Origin: Vitrella brassicaformis CCMP3155
Lineage: Eukaryota > Protista > Chromerida
Direction: 5' to 3'
DNA: 64,000 bases
Assembly: GCA_001179505.1 (NCBI GenBank)
Contig: CDMY01000491.1
Coordinates: 2,881-66,880, forward strand
Positions 60,813 through 64,000 of this stretch are shown here, piece after piece. Within the stretch, counting starts at the first letter, position 1, and every line of letters begins with the position of its first letter. The notes under the pieces were generated by a model, which worked only from the letters and a program-made list of their open reading frames with translations, did not search any database and was not told the DNA's origin. The position numbers and the translations under genes were made by a program.

Positions 60813-61162
60813 TGGTAGAGGGTCCTGAAAGAAGATCATGGAATCCGTGCACAATGACAGCGTCACTATGCATTGTTGACACCCATGTCTCGACCCATGT
60901 CATTGTTGACAAGATCGCGTTGGCGGTGCTCCCGGGTCGGCTTGTGGTTGTGCCGATGGAGCGGTGTCTAGTAGTAGAATGGGTGAGTGATGTAACTTTG
61001 AACGACGGACACTATGCCAACCTCCAGAGGGCCCGAGTGGCCACACTGGAGCGTGAAAAAGCTTCACCAAGCAACATTGAATCAACAGTTCAACAGTCCA
61101 ATGCCAGCTCATTCAGTTTTAACATCATTTTCCCCGATCTTGCTCCTGTTTTGTCCTTCCCT

Positions 61163-61623
61163 AATGTGAGGAGGCCTGACGTTTGAGCAGGGTCAGTGCG
61201 GTGAAGGGCGCGCCTTACGGCTCAGACCGGTTATCTGAGTGGCGGAGGAGTTCGTGTCGTGATCCGAATTGTCCCGAGTTCGAACCCAACGCAGCTACTG
61301 AAAGCGCCACTCGAGTCAATACCGCCACAGGGTCGGGGCCGAGTTGAGTGTTTGAGAAATGTGAGGAGGCCTGACGTTTGAGCAGGATCAGTGCGGTGAA
61401 GGGCGCGCCTTACGCCTCAGACCGCTTAGCGCCACTCGAGTCAATACCGCCACAGGGTCGGGGCCGAGTTGAGTGTTTGAGAAATGTGAGGAGGCCTGAC
61501 GTTTGAGCAGGATCAGTGCGGTGAAGGGCGCGCCTTACGCCTCAGACCGCTTATCTGAGTGGCGGAGGAGTTCCTGTCGTGATCCGAATTGTCCCGAGTT
61601 CGAACCCAACGCAGCTACTGAAA
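61163..61623 (+). repeat. Compound tandem repeat (A-B-C-A-C-A-B); unit B carries Pol III A/B-box-like motifs
   Basis: TGGCGGAGGAG at 61240 and 61560; GAGTTCGAACCC at 61276 and 61596. Confidence 0.8.
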
Positions 61624-61792
61624 AACTCACTTGGCATGTCAGTTTCATAGCTGCTCAATTCGTGGTTAAGGGTAAGATTGTCCGTGTGTCCATGCGCTGG
61701 GACGGTCGATTACATGTTCGCATCTAAACTATTGACAGCAACGATCAAAACATTCGCTACCTACCCATGCTCCACCCACCCACACCCTGCAA

Positions 61793-62110
61793 TCAACGAG
61801 GGTGGAAAGGCCCCCGCTCTAGCGGCAGCCCCTCAGCAAAACCCGCCCTCTCCTGCCCATTCCACCTACTTGCCCGCCACGCCCTGCTCCGCACCATGTG
61901 TGCGTTGCCCTTTTGCAGCAGCACACTAAGTCGAGCCCACCACCTCTCCACTGCTGTCTCACGAAAAAACTCCACATCGCCCTCCTCCATATAGACAGGT
62001 GGCCGCATGTGCCGGGCCATACGGTTGAGAAGGGCAGCTGCCTCGTCCCCCCACCGCCCGTAGCTCTCCGCCGATAGTGGCTCAATTCTAGAACACGGCA
62101 GAGATGCTGA
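61793..62110 (-). mobile_element. CRE-like REL endonuclease 3' fragment
   Basis: IEPLSAESYGRWGDEAAALLNRMA..VERWWARLSVLLQKGNAHMV, ending LERGPFHPR*. Confidence 0.75.
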
Positions 62111-63439
62111 CATCTCCCTCCCTTCATCAGCGCAGCGGTATATCATCAATGATGAGGTGAAATGCTCTTCAGTGTCATGTTTCTTCTCGTGTGTTAACTG
62201 TCCGTGTGTCATTTCATGCCACCCTGTAGCATTCCCTCCCTTCAACTGCTGGGCTCCGAACAGCACCATTGTCGACTGCAGGGTGCGGAAGGCGCATGAA
62301 TATGACACATGATACATCTCACGTGTACATCAACACATCCGCTGAGAAAGATCACAGACAGTGACAAAAACTCCTTCCTCCGCTTCGCTATCCGAATGGC
62401 CCAACCCGCCAATGACCATTCGCATGGATACAGGACCGGCTGCTGTGCAGCGCGTCTTCCTCTCAGGCGTGGGAGTCCTGGCACCCTGCTGAAGCTGTCA
62501 TTCATGTGTGTTTTCACTCGTGCCACAGCAACATGACGTCGCAGCACCTCGCGAGTGCACACGAGTCCAAGCACGAGTCCCGGGATTTGTTGTTCGTCGA
62601 GTTCCTCTCCCGACCGTTTGTAAACACTGTAGCCTGTGCGGGCTTAGCTCACTCAGCCTCTTCATTCGCCTTCTGATGATATGCCCTCAGCTTCCCTCGG
62701 GTACGTAGCCTCACAGAAACCCATTGTGGTCACTCACTACCCCTCATCATGCAAAAACACGATGGCGACTCTGCTGTTCAGGCAAGGCGATGGCCTCCGA
62801 CTTCTTGCTGTTGTGTTTCTGACCAGTGTTCGGGTGCCTGGCTCCCCCTTGCCTTGGCTTCTCTGCCCCTCCGCCTTCTCATGATGCGCGTCCCAAGAAC
62901 GGTCCCCCTATCAACGGTGGTGGTCGTGGGCGTCCCACCTTCACCTTCCAGCATCGTCGCATCGCCACCAACAACATCCACACATGGTGAGCACCACCAG
63001 TCACATTGTCAAGAGATCTGTGCGCTCAAGTCGCCCTCTGTCTGTCTGTGTGTCGTTTCAGGGCTCTTCGGAACTGGGATTCACAGTGCCTACAAGCCTG
63101 TCTAACGCAATGGCGTCAAGGACAGAGCGTCCAAGCGATACGACGCCAAGGGGAGGTGATCAAAGTGATGGCTGGGCGAGCTTCATGCTACCGAGGCGAA
63201 GTAGCATCCCAGCAGCAGACGCGGATCCAGCACCGAGACGAGTTGGTCTGAAATCGCGCGTGAGATCACCGACGACCCCGAACGCGTGCCGCCCTTTTTC
63301 TCTTCCCGTCTTCCATCATGCTGACTGACATGGTTGGTACACCGAATCTCTCTCGTGGCTGCAGTCGGACTGCCTCTATCCGACCGCACGTGTGGCTTGA
63401 TTTGCCTGCCACTGTCATCTCTTGAGTGTGCTCACTCCC

Positions 63440-64000
63440 TCATGACACGTAAGCACATACACGCACATGCACAAACACGCACACATACACGAACACGAAC
63501 ACATACATGAACACGTATCCCTCTCCCGCAGATAGATGCGTGTTTTGAAAGGCGGCGCAGGGCGTCCATCGTCCATGTCCATGCTTTCTCGCTCACAAGC
63601 ACGTCATGCCGCTTCGGACCCCACGTCTTTCCCAACTACGCACTCTGCCTTTTCCCCTCCTTCTTTGCTGGCACGCCCGGTTGACCTCGGCCAACCGACC
63701 ACGTCACCACAGAAGGATAATCACATTGCAACAGTGCTCAGTGAGTAGACGACGCATATACATACACATACATATACACATACACATGCACATGCACAAG
63801 CGGCAAGACATGCACACGAGTGAGGATGGTCGAGTCGATCTTCTCGCCTTCTCCCATGCAATTATGTAATCATGTAATCATGCAGTCATGTAGTGATACA
63901 CCCTCAGCAGCAACACAGGTATACACACACACACACACACACACATGTAACACACCCCCACACACATTCATGCACATAGAAAAGTGGATGCTGTGCCTGC
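63440..64000. repeat. (CA)n/(CATA)n-rich low-complexity tracts
   Basis: Direct inspection. Confidence 0.7.

Overview
Intron-rich, GC-rich eukaryotic scaffold with four 300-N gaps. It is most likely a chromerid alveolate such as Vitrella brassicaformis; this is an inference from an oocyst-wall-type Cys-repeat protein, a plastid-leader cpn10, a Vitrella-type intronless ankyrin gene and short GT-AG introns with (GT)n-CAG acceptors. Recognisable genes: CAP59/GT69 mannosyltransferase (5'-truncated), OWP-like protein, cpn10, GPN1 GTPase, UBXN7-like protein, a CaMK-type kinase, a large secreted GSDH-propeller/IPT protein, a GH16-Apple-TM protein with a decayed duplicate, an ankyrin protein, an AN1 zinc-finger fragment, a CCCH zinc-finger protein and YIPF6. 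These are interleaved with many transposon relics: four CRE-like REL retroelement 3' ends, two Helitron/Helentron PIF1 fragments and several dispersed repeats. The standout is a spliced ~950-aa DDE transposase at 49097-52302 (-). By my manual alignment to the remembered RAG1 sequence, it matches the RAG1 core motif by motif. It lies tail-to-tail with a second decayed gene 136 bp away, with a CAC-type candidate terminus on one side and phased inverted 20/21-bp arrays on the other, i.e. a candidate RAG-like/Transib transposon in an alveolate. All assignments are by eye; no database searches were run.
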